Position numbers and translations under genes: made by a program. The notes below the pieces were generated by a model. It made no database searches, had not been told where the DNA came from, and worked only from the letters and a program-made list of their open reading frames with translations. 64,000 nucleotides of DNA, from contig CBDCGL010000011.1 of NCBI GenBank assembly GCA_965216755.1, forward strand, positions 1,632,001 through 1,696,000, given 5' to 3'. Of this stretch, positions 29,175-39,423 are shown piece by piece; positions within the stretch are counted from its first letter, which is position 1; every line of letters starts with the position of its first letter. The stretch comes from Alphaproteobacteria bacterium. Its GTDB lineage: Bacteria > Pseudomonadota > Alphaproteobacteria > UBA7887.

Positions 29175-29930
29175 ATGGCAGAACGGGAATTTGACGGTCG
29201 CGTGGCCCTGGTGACGGGCGGGTCGCGGGGTATTGGCCGGGCTGCGTGTGTGCGCCTCGCCCAAGGGGGGGCCAAGGTCGCTATCGGTTTCGGAGGCAAT
29301 GCGGAAGCCGCCGCTGAAACCCAGAAATTGGTCGAAAGTACCGGCGGCGCGGCCATAACGATTGCCGCAGATGTGACTGATCCGGGTGCGGTCGCCGACA
29401 TGGTCGAGACGTGCGAGCGAGCACTGGGACCCGTCGACCTGCTTTTCGCAAATGCCGGATTGGCGTCGTCAGAGGATCACACCGACTTGGATTTCGCGGC
29501 GTGGCGACGTCTGATGGATGTCAATGTCGACGGCGTATTTCACACGGTAATGGCCGTCAAGGACGGCATGATATCCCGAGGTTTCGGACGGATAGCAGTG
29601 ACCGCGTCGATCGCTGGCCTGGCGCCGCGGCCGCGGTTGATCGCCTATGGGACATCCAAGGCGGCCGTCATTGCGTTTGTCCGTAATTGCGCCGGTGGGT
29701 TTGCCCCTTCTGTCCGTATCAATGCCATCGCCCCAGGGTTGACTGAAACCGACATGATTGCATCTTTGACGCCTGAAGCGCGCGCCAACATGGTCGAGAC
29801 GACGCCACTTCAGCGGGTCGCACAGCCCGAAGAGATTGCGGAACTGGCAGCGTTCTTGCTGTCCGAGCGTTCCAGCTTCATCACTGGCCAGACCTATGTG
29901 GCGGATGGCGGGCGCGTGACATTGCCGTAG
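29175..29930 (+). CDS. Short-chain dehydrogenase/reductase (FabG-like)
   Basis: TGGSRGIG, NAG, YGTSK, NAIAPG, ITGQ...DGG. Confidence 0.93.
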   Translation: MAEREFDGRVALVTGGSRGIGRAACVRLAQGGAKVAIGFGGNAEAAAETQKLVESTGGAAITIAADVTDPGAVADMVETCERALGPVDLLFANAGLASSEDHTDLDFAAWRRLMDVNVDGVFHTVMAVKDGMISRGFGRIAVTASIAGLAPRPRLIAYGTSKAAVIAFVRNCAGGFAPSVRINAIAPGLTETDMIASLTPEARANMVETTPLQRVAQPEEIAELAAFLLSERSSFITGQTYVADGGRVTLP

Positions 29931-31147
29931 CGGCGGCGGCTGAGTAGCCACAAGGCGACACTGGCGGCCGCGGTTGTGCCGGCAAACACGTAGAACGCCG
30001 GCGCGTAGGCTTTGGTGATTTGGACAATCGCACTGAACAAGGCCGGCCCGACGACCACGCCCAGAAAGGTAAAGGCCACCATGCCGCCGGTGGCCGCAGA
30101 CACTTGTGCCGTCGACACGACCCGCACGACTTCGGCCAAATAGATTCCAGGCCAGCCGGCGGCGACGGCGCCCAGTAGTATCGAAAAAGCAACGATCGCT
30201 ACCACGGACCAGGTTTCGTTGAGGTTACTTGCCGCAACCGCGACAACGGCCATCACAAGGCCCAACAAGGAAAGCAGGCTCGTGGCGCGCACCAACCGGT
30301 CGCTACACCAACCAAAGAACACGCGGGCGCACACCCCGGCGACCTGCAAGGCGGCAAAGACCTGTCCGGCAGTGATCAAATTTAGCCCTCCCCGATCAAC
30401 CAGATATGCAGGATAGATCGCGAAAATTGACGCCATCGTTGCAGCAAACGCAAAAGTCGCGATGGTCAGAATGCGGAGTCGCGGTTCGGCAAGAACGAGA
30501 CCAATCGCGTGCAACGGCGCGTTGGCCGAGACCACAAAGGTCGGATCTCGATCATCGTCAAGGGCACCTCTCAACGGCGCGATAACGGCTATCGTGGAGA
30601 TGACCAAGGCGGCGCCGCACAACAATGCCGCTTGCCAACCGAACCATGCGGCCACAAGGGGCGCCGCCAGCCCCGCGAGCAACCCGCCAATCGGCACCGC
30701 ACTTTGCTTGAGCGAGAAAACCACGCCCCGGCTTTGCGCCGGCGTCACGCGCGCAAGGATGTGGCTGGCAGCAGGCGTGGCGAGGCCGTAGCCCATACCG
30801 GCGATCACAGCAAAAATCGCAACGCCCGCCAATGGCCCCATAGCCGTGGCCGCGACGGCCACACCGGCAACCCCAAGGGCCCACTGGCTACAACGTACGG
30901 CACCGACGCGTCGCGCGACCGCGCCGCCCAGCAGAGTGAAAATCAACGCGCCGCCAAACGACAAGGAGGCATAAAGCCCGACCAGGCTCGGCGCAATGCC
31001 GTAAGACCCGGCCAGCACCGGCGCTAAGACTGGGACCAGATTGACGGCCATAGCGACCATTGCTTGGACCAGCATGGTCGCGGCAAGTGGCCAAATCACT
31101 GGACCCATGGACCGCCCTTGCGCCACCCCGCGCAGCGAGCCGTTCAT
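29894..31147 (-). CDS. MFS transporter
   Basis: About 12 hydrophobic segments, RGVVFSLKQ, GWCSDR; overlaps the CoA-transferase stop. Confidence 0.88.
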   Translation of the reverse strand: MNGSLRGVAQGRSMGPVIWPLAATMLVQAMVAMAVNLVPVLAPVLAGSYGIAPSLVGLYASLSFGGALIFTLLGGAVARRVGAVRCSQWALGVAGVAVAATAMGPLAGVAIFAVIAGMGYGLATPAASHILARVTPAQSRGVVFSLKQSAVPIGGLLAGLAAPLVAAWFGWQAALLCGAALVISTIAVIAPLRGALDDDRDPTFVVSANAPLHAIGLVLAEPRLRILTIATFAFAATMASIFAIYPAYLVDRGGLNLITAGQVFAALQVAGVCARVFFGWCSDRLVRATSLLSLLGLVMAVVAVAASNLNETWSVVAIVAFSILLGAVAAGWPGIYLAEVVRVVSTAQVSAATGGMVAFTFLGVVVGPALFSAIVQITKAYAPAFYVFAGTTAAASVALWLLSRRRYGNVTRPPSAT

Positions 31148-32379
31148 AGCACCGCGCTATGCACCACACCAACCGTTTGGAACTTTTCGATCCGCGCGGC
31201 GGAGTAGCCGAGCTCGCGCAATATGTCCCCATTGTCAGCACCTAAGAATGGCGCCAAGGCGCGCACGCGAGCCGGCGTACGATCAAATCGCGCGGCCGGC
31301 CGTGGCTGACGCACCGCGCCCAGTTGCGGGTGATCGTGGATCTCGAAAATCTCATTTTGGACGACCTGCTCGTTGTCGAGTAGAGCCCGTCGGCTCAATA
31401 TCGGCGCGCATGGTACCTGCTCGCCTTGCAGACGGCGCAATATGGCGTCGGTTGTCCATTTGCTGATTTCTTCGCCAGTGATCTGGCGTCGCTCAGCTAC
31501 ATGCTGAAACCGCGCCGCCGCGGTCGTAAATCGTTCGTCATCGAGCAGATCTTCGCGATCGAACGCGCGGCACATTCCCGCCCATTCCTGATCTGTTACC
31601 GCACCAGCCGTGATGTAGCCATCTTTTGTCTTAAAAACCAAATCCATGCCCATTTGGCCACGCGCCGGATCCGCCTCTTGGCCAACCCATGACAGGGCCG
31701 ACATGCCCTCGGGCCACAAATAGGCGACCATTGTATCAAGCATCGACAATCGAACGTGCTGCCCCTTACCCGTCCGTTCCCGCGCCAGCAGCGCGGCAGT
31801 GATGGCCTGCGCCGCCGTGACCGAGGTCGTCTTGTCGGGTATGATCGTCCGCACCATCCGTGGCGTACCGGTCTCCCGATCCGCTTGAATATCGGCGAGA
31901 CCGGACAGCGCCTGGATCACCGGATCGTAAACACGTTGGTTCGCATAGGGGCCAGCCTCGCCAAACCCACTGATCGATACGAAGACGATGTCTGGGTTAA
32001 TTTGGCGCACCACGTCCTCGCCCAGGCCCATACGCTCGATAGCTCCGGGTCGATAGTTTTGAACAAGCACATCAGCGGTCGCCGCAAGTCGCTTGACAAT
32101 ATCAAGCCCTGCGTCGGTTTTGATATCGACCGCCAGCGAGCGCTTACTGCGATTGCACGACAAGAACGACGTAGTCATGCCGTTATTAGGTATGCCGACA
32201 TGGCGCATCAGTTCGCCGCGCGGTGGTTCGATCTTGATCACATCGGCGCCTTGATCAGCCAGCATCATGGTCGCGATGGGCCCCGACACCATGGTTGTCA
32301 AATCTATAATTCGAAAACCATTCAGTGGCCCGTCGTCCGATCTCTTGTGGTCTTGGCTGTCTATGTCGTGCTGCTTCAT
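31144..32379 (-). CDS. CoA transferase family III (CaiB/BaiF)
   Basis: GPLNGFRIIDL, LADQGADVIKIEPP, NRSKRS, QNYRPG, SISGFG..GPY, D at PDK. Confidence 0.95.
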   Translation of the reverse strand: MKQHDIDSQDHKRSDDGPLNGFRIIDLTTMVSGPIATMMLADQGADVIKIEPPRGELMRHVGIPNNGMTTSFLSCNRSKRSLAVDIKTDAGLDIVKRLAATADVLVQNYRPGAIERMGLGEDVVRQINPDIVFVSISGFGEAGPYANQRVYDPVIQALSGLADIQADRETGTPRMVRTIIPDKTTSVTAAQAITAALLARERTGKGQHVRLSMLDTMVAYLWPEGMSALSWVGQEADPARGQMGMDLVFKTKDGYITAGAVTDQEWAGMCRAFDREDLLDDERFTTAAARFQHVAERRQITGEEISKWTTDAILRRLQGEQVPCAPILSRRALLDNEQVVQNEIFEIHDHPQLGAVRQPRPAARFDRTPARVRALAPFLGADNGDILRELGYSAARIEKFQTVGVVHSAVL

Positions 32380-32382
32380 GCG

Positions 32383-33060
32383 TTAAGTCTCATGCTGGGT
32401 GCCCTCTGGATCGTTGGCCAACATTGCGCGATGATAGGTCGGACGCTGCGCAACCATATCGCGATACAGCTGCCAGTCGGGTGGCAGAGTAATGTGATAG
32501 GCGATCGCCCAATCTAGGCACGACATCATCAAAATGTCCGCGGTCGAGAAGTCGTTGCCCATCAGATAGCATCCTTGGCCCACCATACGCCCCGTCGCGG
32601 CCGTCAACTGCTTTAGGAAATAAGCCTCGGCCGCGGCAACGGCGTTCGGCGCTTCGCCGTACACATCGACCAAATAGTGGTGCCGCCGCATCAAGTATAG
32701 GCTGTTCGCGTCGAGTTCCATCAATACGAACGCCGTCCACTCGTTGACGCGTGCGCGCGTGACCGCGTCACGTGGCACCAAGAAACCCTCAGGCGGCGCG
32801 AACACATCGGTGAGGTAACTGACTATTGCTGCACTTTCGGTCAAGGCCAATTCGCCATGTTGCAGCACGGGGACTTTTTGTGCCGGATTGAGGGCGCGAT
32901 AAGCCTTACTTCGCGTCGCCGCAGATCGAGTCACAACGGGCTGACAGACGTAGTCGACACCAAGTTCAATTAGCGTCCAATGTACCCGCAATGTACGTGT
33001 CGAACGAACACCCCATACCGTGACCCTTTGGTTGGCTGAGTCAGCGGCGCCGGCAGTCAC
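32383..33060 (-). CDS. Glutathione S-transferase family protein
   Basis: LNPAQKVPVL, LTESAAI, YLMGNDFSTADI, RPTY. Confidence 0.9.
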   Translation of the reverse strand: MTAGAADSANQRVTVWGVRSTRTLRVHWTLIELGVDYVCQPVVTRSAATRSKAYRALNPAQKVPVLQHGELALTESAAIVSYLTDVFAPPEGFLVPRDAVTRARVNEWTAFVLMELDANSLYLMRRHHYLVDVYGEAPNAVAAAEAYFLKQLTAATGRMVGQGCYLMGNDFSTADILMMSCLDWAIAYHITLPPDWQLYRDMVAQRPTYHRAMLANDPEGTQHET

Positions 33061-33890
33061 GATGCGACCGCGCGATGAGCGCGCCTATCCGCTTCGATGT
33101 CTTGAGCGAGTTTTTCCAAATAGGGCCCAACGTCCGGTGCAAACGCCTCATGCGTGCACAGACGCTCATAGTGTGCCATGGCCCGCGCATAGGGCCCCAG
33201 TTGATCCGCATTCATGACGGGCGATAAATTCAGTTGTGCCAAGACACAGCTTTGCGCGCGCTCTCGGGAAAACAGAGTCAATTCGGCGACAAAGCAAATG
33301 TCGGCAAGCGATATGTCCGTGCCGACCAAGAACGCCTGATCGCCAGCGAGCGCCCGATCGATCCCGCTCATATATGTATGAAACGCCGCCTCGGCACGGC
33401 GATAGATTTCTATACTCGTGCTGTTATCTCGAAACGACAACAGGTAAATCTGGGCATCACGCGCAAAGATCAAGCTTGCGTCGAGAAAGCTATCGACCCG
33501 CGCACTGGAGTAAGCGTCGCTGCCACAAAGCGGATAGCGCGATTCACCCAGCCGCGCGACAGCCCGCGCAATGCTGTTGGATTCGAATATGCCGACCTTG
33601 CCGTCCGGGCTAAATGCAGCGGGCACAGTCCCAAACGGATGTGCCTCCAAGAAAGCTGCGGTCTTAAACAAACGCCCTTTGAAACCCGTCCGGGCGGCCT
33701 GGACAAGGTCGTCCGGCGACTGACGATCTTCGTCTGTTAATGGCCGCGCTTCAAAGTCCCACAACCAGCCTTGTAGCCTGGGGGGCTCATCGCCCCTTAT
33801 GTCGAGCACCACCCCGTTTAGCCGAGCCGCGATCGTTGCCTTCCAAATGCGTGGATTGGGCAGGTAAGAGAAGATTCGCAAATCGCTCAT
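33057..33890 (-). CDS. Atypical glutathione S-transferase family protein
   Basis: HPFGTVPA, IFESNSI, FLVGTDISLADI; insertion in the N-terminal domain. Confidence 0.85.
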   Translation of the reverse strand: MSDLRIFSYLPNPRIWKATIAARLNGVVLDIRGDEPPRLQGWLWDFEARPLTDEDRQSPDDLVQAARTGFKGRLFKTAAFLEAHPFGTVPAAFSPDGKVGIFESNSIARAVARLGESRYPLCGSDAYSSARVDSFLDASLIFARDAQIYLLSFRDNSTSIEIYRRAEAAFHTYMSGIDRALAGDQAFLVGTDISLADICFVAELTLFSRERAQSCVLAQLNLSPVMNADQLGPYARAMAHYERLCTHEAFAPDVGPYLEKLAQDIEADRRAHRAVAS

Positions 33891-34006
33891 GGTGCACCCC
33901 TTCCGTGGTCACAAGGTCGACTGAATGCTACAGGACAACATGCATTGGAACCAATTCGCCCAGCGCATGGCCACATTGCCCACTGTACGATGCAGTACGT
34001 CTAGGC

Positions 34007-35533
34007 TCAATTGCCGCGGGGCACGCGGAACATGAATACCAATGGGATCGACAGAATGGCGACGATTGTCATCAATTTGAAATCATTCAGGTAAGCGATC
34101 GTGGCGGCCTGGCGGGTGACTTCTTCGTTCAAAGCCAGCCTGCCAGCTGCGGTGTTCAATATCCAAAGGTCGGGAAGATACGGTGCCTGCGCCATCGGCG
34201 CGTACGGTGTCACATTGGCCGCGATCTCAGCATGATTGATCTGTGTGTACCGAGTCACAAGCGTCACCAATACGGAAATGGAAACGCTGCTGCCCAAATT
34301 GCGCATTAAATTGAATATTCCGGCGGCCTCGGTCCGAAATCGCATGGGCAGCGTGCTGTATCCAATCACGTTCAACGGTACATAAAAGAAACCGAGCCCA
34401 AGACCTTGGACGATCCCGGTCCACAGCACCGTCCACTGGGCAACATTTGTGTTGAAGCCGGTCATGTACCACATAGACCATGCGATGAGGACCAATCCAA
34501 AGACAATGAAAAAGCGCATATCGACCCGCCCGCTTGATTGGCTGACGATAAGCATTGCAATCATGGCACCGGCGCCACGCGGCCCCAAAACAAGGCCCAC
34601 GGTGACGACGGGATAGTCCATCAGGTGCTGGAGGAATGGCGGCAGCAAGACCAAACCGGTCAACAGCAAGGCACCAAACAGAAAAACCAAAATCAGCGCG
34701 GCAACAAAATTCCGATCGCCGAAAATGTGAGGGTCGAGAAACGGCTTTCGCGTTGCCGTCGCCGTGTGGACAATGAACATGTACAGCCCAACCGCAGCGA
34801 TACCTGCTTCGATTATGATCTCAGTTGATTCAAACCAAGCATTCAGCTCGCCACGGTCAAGCATTAATTGGAAGGCGCCTATCGCAAGCCCCAGCAACGC
34901 AAATCCAAACCAGTCAAATCTGCGCTCGCGATCCAACCGGGTCTCGGAGACAAATAACAGAATTCCGATCAATGCCAATATGCCGATCGGTAGATTGATA
35001 AAAAACACCCAGTGCCAAGTGAATTCCTCAGTCAGATAGCCACCTAAGGTTGGCCCGAGAATGGGCCCGATCATCACACCGACACCCCAAATGCCCATGG
35101 CTTTGCCATGCTCGGCCATGGGATAGCTGTCGAGCATGGTGGCTTGAGAGAGCGGGATCAAGAACGCGCCAAACGCACCCTGGAGAATGCGGTATGTGAC
35201 CATTTCAGCCAGGGATTCAGCAATTCCACACAACATGGATGTGATCGTGAACCCGGAAACCGCAATGATAAAAAGCCGCTTGCGTCCAAAGCGGCCGGCC
35301 AAGAACCCCGTCGGTGGCATCATGATTGCCGCCGTCACGATGTAGGACGTCAAGACCCAGGCGATCTGATCTTGCGTGGTTGACAGCGACCCTTGCATGT
35401 TGGGCAGCGCGACATTGGCGATAGTCATGTCCACCGCCTGCATGATCGTCGCTGCCATGACCGAGACGGTGATGAACACGCGCCGCAGCCCGGTCGGCAT
35501 TTCGTGGTGGCCGGTTAGTGTCGTGTCGGCCAT
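34007..35533 (-). CDS. emrB: DHA2 family efflux permease EmrB-like
   Basis: DMTIANVALP, WVLTSY, GPILGPTLGG, WVFFINLP, LDRGE, FNLMRNLG; follows an emrA-like gene. Confidence 0.92.
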   Translation of the reverse strand: MADTTLTGHHEMPTGLRRVFITVSVMAATIMQAVDMTIANVALPNMQGSLSTTQDQIAWVLTSYIVTAAIMMPPTGFLAGRFGRKRLFIIAVSGFTITSMLCGIAESLAEMVTYRILQGAFGAFLIPLSQATMLDSYPMAEHGKAMGIWGVGVMIGPILGPTLGGYLTEEFTWHWVFFINLPIGILALIGILLFVSETRLDRERRFDWFGFALLGLAIGAFQLMLDRGELNAWFESTEIIIEAGIAAVGLYMFIVHTATATRKPFLDPHIFGDRNFVAALILVFLFGALLLTGLVLLPPFLQHLMDYPVVTVGLVLGPRGAGAMIAMLIVSQSSGRVDMRFFIVFGLVLIAWSMWYMTGFNTNVAQWTVLWTGIVQGLGLGFFYVPLNVIGYSTLPMRFRTEAAGIFNLMRNLGSSVSISVLVTLVTRYTQINHAEIAANVTPYAPMAQAPYLPDLWILNTAAGRLALNEEVTRQAATIAYLNDFKLMTIVAILSIPLVFMFRVPRGN

Positions 35534-35566
35534 TTCAGCCCCAACCGGGCACGGTCTCCCGGCACT

Positions 35567-36730
35567 CTACGGCCGCAGCCAACCAAACAATGGCTCCAGC
35601 AGGCCGGGCAATCGGCGTTCGTGGCTGGTATCGATTGAGACAGTTGCGCTCATGCCGATCCGCAAGGGCGGGTCGTCCGGGCGCCGGTCAATTCGCAAGC
35701 GTACCGGTACCCGCTGAACGACTTTCACCCAATTTCCGGTCGCGTTTTGCGGCGGCAACAATGAAAACTCCGCCCCGGTTGCCGGGCTGAAGCTCACAAC
35801 TTTGGCGTTCCATTCGTGATCCGGGTAGGAATCGACGCGGATAGTCGCCGGTTGGCCGATCGCGACATGGGTGAGATCGCGCTCCTTCAGATTGGCTTCG
35901 AACCACAAATCTCCTGTTTCGACCAAACTGATGACCGGTTTGCCAGTTTCGACATAGCTTCCCGGTCGGAGATCGACGCGGCCAATGATACCGTCTGCGG
36001 GCGCCCGCACCACTGTGTTGCGCAGGTCCAGCGCCGCTTTATCGCGCCGCGATCGCGCATTGATAAATCGCGCGAACTTTTCGTCGGGCGTGTTGGGATC
36101 ACCGCCCAGCTTGGCCAGCACTTCACCCAATGCTTTCTCTCGGACAGCGATTTCCTGAATGGCCATGTCCATGTCATGGCGCGCTTGGTCGACCTTGATG
36201 CCGGAGGTGACATTGCGCTCCGCCAGTTCGGCCTGTCGGCGAAACTCTTGCTCGTAAAAAAGTGCGTCGGTTTCGGCCAGCGTGACTTGCTCGCGCAAAC
36301 TCTGATAGTTCGCGCGCAAAACGGCAATTTCCGTGCGGACCATGGTCAGTTGCGCATCAGCTTCGGACAGCGCGATCCCAAAAGATTCATCGTCGATACG
36401 AAATAGAATATCGCCCGCCAACACAGTGTCGTTGGTACTGACCAGAACGTCGGTGACGCGACCGTCCACCTCTGGGCCCACCGCGACCTTGTCCGCGCGA
36501 ACATAGGCATTGTCGGTCTTGACGTAGCGGCCGCCGGTCATCCAATAGTAACCACCGACCAGAACGACCAGCAGCGGGACAACAACCAACAAAATCCCAC
36601 GCATCATGCCCCGCGCCCATCGTCGTAGCCGAGATGGTCGGACCGGTTCCGGCGGCTCGGCAGTCGGTATGGGCGTCAGCGGTACTTTGGGCCGATCACC
36701 CGGCATCTCCGCGGTCGCCGGTTCAGCCAT
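35567..36730 (-). CDS. emrA: HlyD family membrane fusion protein EmrA-like
   Basis: TDNAYV, RAPADG, ANLKE, TGAEFSLLPPQNATGNWVKVVQRVPVR. Confidence 0.94.
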   Translation of the reverse strand: MAEPATAEMPGDRPKVPLTPIPTAEPPEPVRPSRLRRWARGMMRGILLVVVPLLVVLVGGYYWMTGGRYVKTDNAYVRADKVAVGPEVDGRVTDVLVSTNDTVLAGDILFRIDDESFGIALSEADAQLTMVRTEIAVLRANYQSLREQVTLAETDALFYEQEFRRQAELAERNVTSGIKVDQARHDMDMAIQEIAVREKALGEVLAKLGGDPNTPDEKFARFINARSRRDKAALDLRNTVVRAPADGIIGRVDLRPGSYVETGKPVISLVETGDLWFEANLKERDLTHVAIGQPATIRVDSYPDHEWNAKVVSFSPATGAEFSLLPPQNATGNWVKVVQRVPVRLRIDRRPDDPPLRIGMSATVSIDTSHERRLPGLLEPLFGWLRP

Positions 36731-37009
36731 GCTTTGGATCCCGTTGAATCAATGCGACTACATATGCTTCTCAAAATGGCGTGCCCGTGTGGCCATGGCG
36801 AGCCACAAAGCACACGATCCAGCACCAATCGACAATTCAGGTGCTTACCACAGTTCAATCGGTTGTTTGAGTCGGATCAATGCAGGGGAGCAATGCCCCG
36901 GCGGCGCGTCTGGCCCCAATGCCTGATACCAATTCTCATTGCGGCGCGCCAAACGGTCAATCGCGGGCGACCGCGCGTAGACCGCGGTCAACCCTATCGG
37001 ATCAATGAC

Positions 37010-39133
37010 TTACGTTGCCGACGGCTGGATCTCTACGAGCATATCGGAAAACGTCGGGGCGTGACCGTAATCCGCGAAAGCTGGCGGATTGATCGCATTG
37101 ACCGTGCGGCCGTTACGACTGTTCTTCGCCCAGTAACCCATCGGGGCAACAACGACGCCAGGTCTGGCATCATCGGATACTCGTGCGACTGCCTCGAATG
37201 CGCCACGATCGTTGAAAACCCTGACGAAATCGCCATCCGCGATGCCGCGCGGCCCAGCATCGGCGCCATTGATCATGATCATTTGTTCTCCGGCATGGTG
37301 CAACTGGGCGTCGAGGTTGCCATAGGACGAGTTGAGAAATGCATGGCTCTTTGGCGACAACATATTGAGCGGGTAGCGCGCGGCGAGATCCGGATTGGTC
37401 TCGGTGGCCTCGTTTTGGGGGATGAAATTGGGCAGCGGATCAATGGCTTTGCCCGATTGATCACCCGGATAGCCCTGCCGAAACAGCGGCAGCACCATGT
37501 CTCCACCCGCAGCCATGGACGACTTGAACTCCACCTTCCCCGACGGTGTCGGAAAATTGCCTTCACGATGCGGCACGAACTCGTCGGGCGACCCTACGTT
37601 CAGGCGCGCCCAACCCGTTTTGCGCAGGCTGTTGAGATCAATCCCCTGCAACACCGGATTGCTCCAATCCAGCGAGTCCATGATCATCTCTTCGTCGGTC
37701 CGGTCCCAATAGGGATCGTTAAACCCCATGGTGCGCGCCAAACGGCGAAATAGTTCGGTATTGGGCACGGACTCGCCCAAAGGCGGTATCGCCGGCTCGT
37801 TGAGGATCAAATAAAGATGCCCCCACGAGAACATCACATCGAATTGCTCCAATTGTGTCGTGGCCGGCAAAACAAGATCGGCATAAAGGGCGGTGTCGGT
37901 CAGAAAATGCTCGCTGACCACCGTAAACAAGTCTTCGCGTTTGAGGCCCTGCTCGATTTTTGCCTGTTCGGGCGCCACGACAACCGGATTCGAGTTGTAG
38001 ACGAACAAGGACTTGATCGTTTGGTCCAGTTCGCTCGCCAGAGCCGGCCCGATGCGCCATTGGTTGATCACGGGTGTCCCCGGCTTGATCCAATCAGGTC
38101 GGCTAAGACCGTCCCAATTCATTGGGAAGGCCCAAATCGGCATATGCAAAATTCCGCCGCCGCAATGGCGCCACGATCCCACCAACGCCGGCAGGCCGGC
38201 CATGGCGCGCACCGCGTTGCCGCCGCTGGCGCTGCGCTCGATCGCGACCCCCATGCGGATGACCGATGGTTGGGTCGTTGCGAATTCTCGCGCCAACGTT
38301 CGTATGTCATCTGCCGGAATGCCGGTGATCGCAGCCACGCGTTCAGGCGGAAACTCGGCCGCGCGAGGTTTGAGTTCATCAAAGCCGACTGTGTATTTCT
38401 CCACATAGTCGTGGTCGACCAGATCTTCCGCGATGATCACATTCATCATGCCAAGCGCGAGTGCCGCATCGGTGCCCGGCCGGATCGGAATGTGCCAATC
38501 AGCCTGCTTGGCCGTGCGTGTCGCAACCGGATCGATCACGACCACTTTCGCGCCATTCCTTTGCGCTTCGGCAATAAACGGCCAGTGATGGAGATTGTTG
38601 CTGATCGTGTTGATCGCCCACAGGACGATATATTTCGAGTGCACGAAACTTTCCGGATCGACGGCCGCCGTCGGACCGCAGGTCATGAAGAAGGCCGTGA
38701 TGGCAGCAGAATCACAGAATGTACGCTCGGCGATGGACGCGCCCAACTTGTTGAAAAACGCATCGCCGGCGTTCAAACCGTTGAGAATGCCTTCCGTGCC
38801 AAGATAGCTATAGGGCAAGATCGCCGCGGGACCGTCTTGGTCAATGATATCCGTCCACCGTGTCTTGATTTCCGCAAGCGCATCATCCCAGCTGACGCGC
38901 GCGAATTTGCCTTCGCCTTTTGCGCCGGTTCGTTTCAGCGGATGAAGGACTCGGTTGGGGCTATAGACCCGGTCCTGATAGTTGTTCACCTTGACGCAAA
39001 GTCCCCCACGGGTGAATGGGTGGTCGGGATTGCCGCAGACCTCCACGGCTTTGCCCTCCTTGACTGTCGTCAGCATCGCGCAAGTATCGGGACAATCGTG
39101 GGGACACGCACCAAATACGACCTTTTCCGTCAT
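37010..39133 (-). CDS. Molybdopterin-dependent oxidoreductase (DMSO reductase superfamily, uncharacterised subgroup)
   Basis: CPHDCPDTC...GLCVK Fe-S motif, SWDDAL, PIRPGTDAALA, TDTALYADLVLPATT, TPSGKVEF; GGGAGAG RBS before MTEK. Confidence 0.92.
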   Translation of the reverse strand: MTEKVVFGACPHDCPDTCAMLTTVKEGKAVEVCGNPDHPFTRGGLCVKVNNYQDRVYSPNRVLHPLKRTGAKGEGKFARVSWDDALAEIKTRWTDIIDQDGPAAILPYSYLGTEGILNGLNAGDAFFNKLGASIAERTFCDSAAITAFFMTCGPTAAVDPESFVHSKYIVLWAINTISNNLHHWPFIAEAQRNGAKVVVIDPVATRTAKQADWHIPIRPGTDAALALGMMNVIIAEDLVDHDYVEKYTVGFDELKPRAAEFPPERVAAITGIPADDIRTLAREFATTQPSVIRMGVAIERSASGGNAVRAMAGLPALVGSWRHCGGGILHMPIWAFPMNWDGLSRPDWIKPGTPVINQWRIGPALASELDQTIKSLFVYNSNPVVVAPEQAKIEQGLKREDLFTVVSEHFLTDTALYADLVLPATTQLEQFDVMFSWGHLYLILNEPAIPPLGESVPNTELFRRLARTMGFNDPYWDRTDEEMIMDSLDWSNPVLQGIDLNSLRKTGWARLNVGSPDEFVPHREGNFPTPSGKVEFKSSMAAGGDMVLPLFRQGYPGDQSGKAIDPLPNFIPQNEATETNPDLAARYPLNMLSPKSHAFLNSSYGNLDAQLHHAGEQMIMINGADAGPRGIADGDFVRVFNDRGAFEAVARVSDDARPGVVVAPMGYWAKNSRNGRTVNAINPPAFADYGHAPTFSDMLVEIQPSAT

Positions 39134-39423
39134 CTCTCCCTCGCCTTTTCTTCCTGCGCCGACCGCGTCGCTTTCGTCGTCGGTACGGTTCATGATCTCG
39201 GGCCGTCCTCGGCCCTTATTTGGGATTCTGCCGGCCGACTGCCCGTCGTGTCTTTCACGCCCTTGCCGTGACTTTGCCAATTCTTGCGCGTTCGTAATCG
39301 GGCTCGCTGGTCCGTCCACCAGCCTGTTACAAAGGGTTTCGCGCGATCGCTGGGATGCAATTTTGTGCGCTGGATTATTTCGCGCTAAGCTTGCCGCATT
39401 CGACGTCCAAGGAGTGACAACAC

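Noticed and set aside
37817-39271. 484-aa plus-strand ORF, and similar long ORFs at 44393..45502, 53181..54299 and 60028..60876
   Set aside because: They lie antisense to well-supported genes and carry no motifs; such shadow ORFs are expected in GC-rich DNA.
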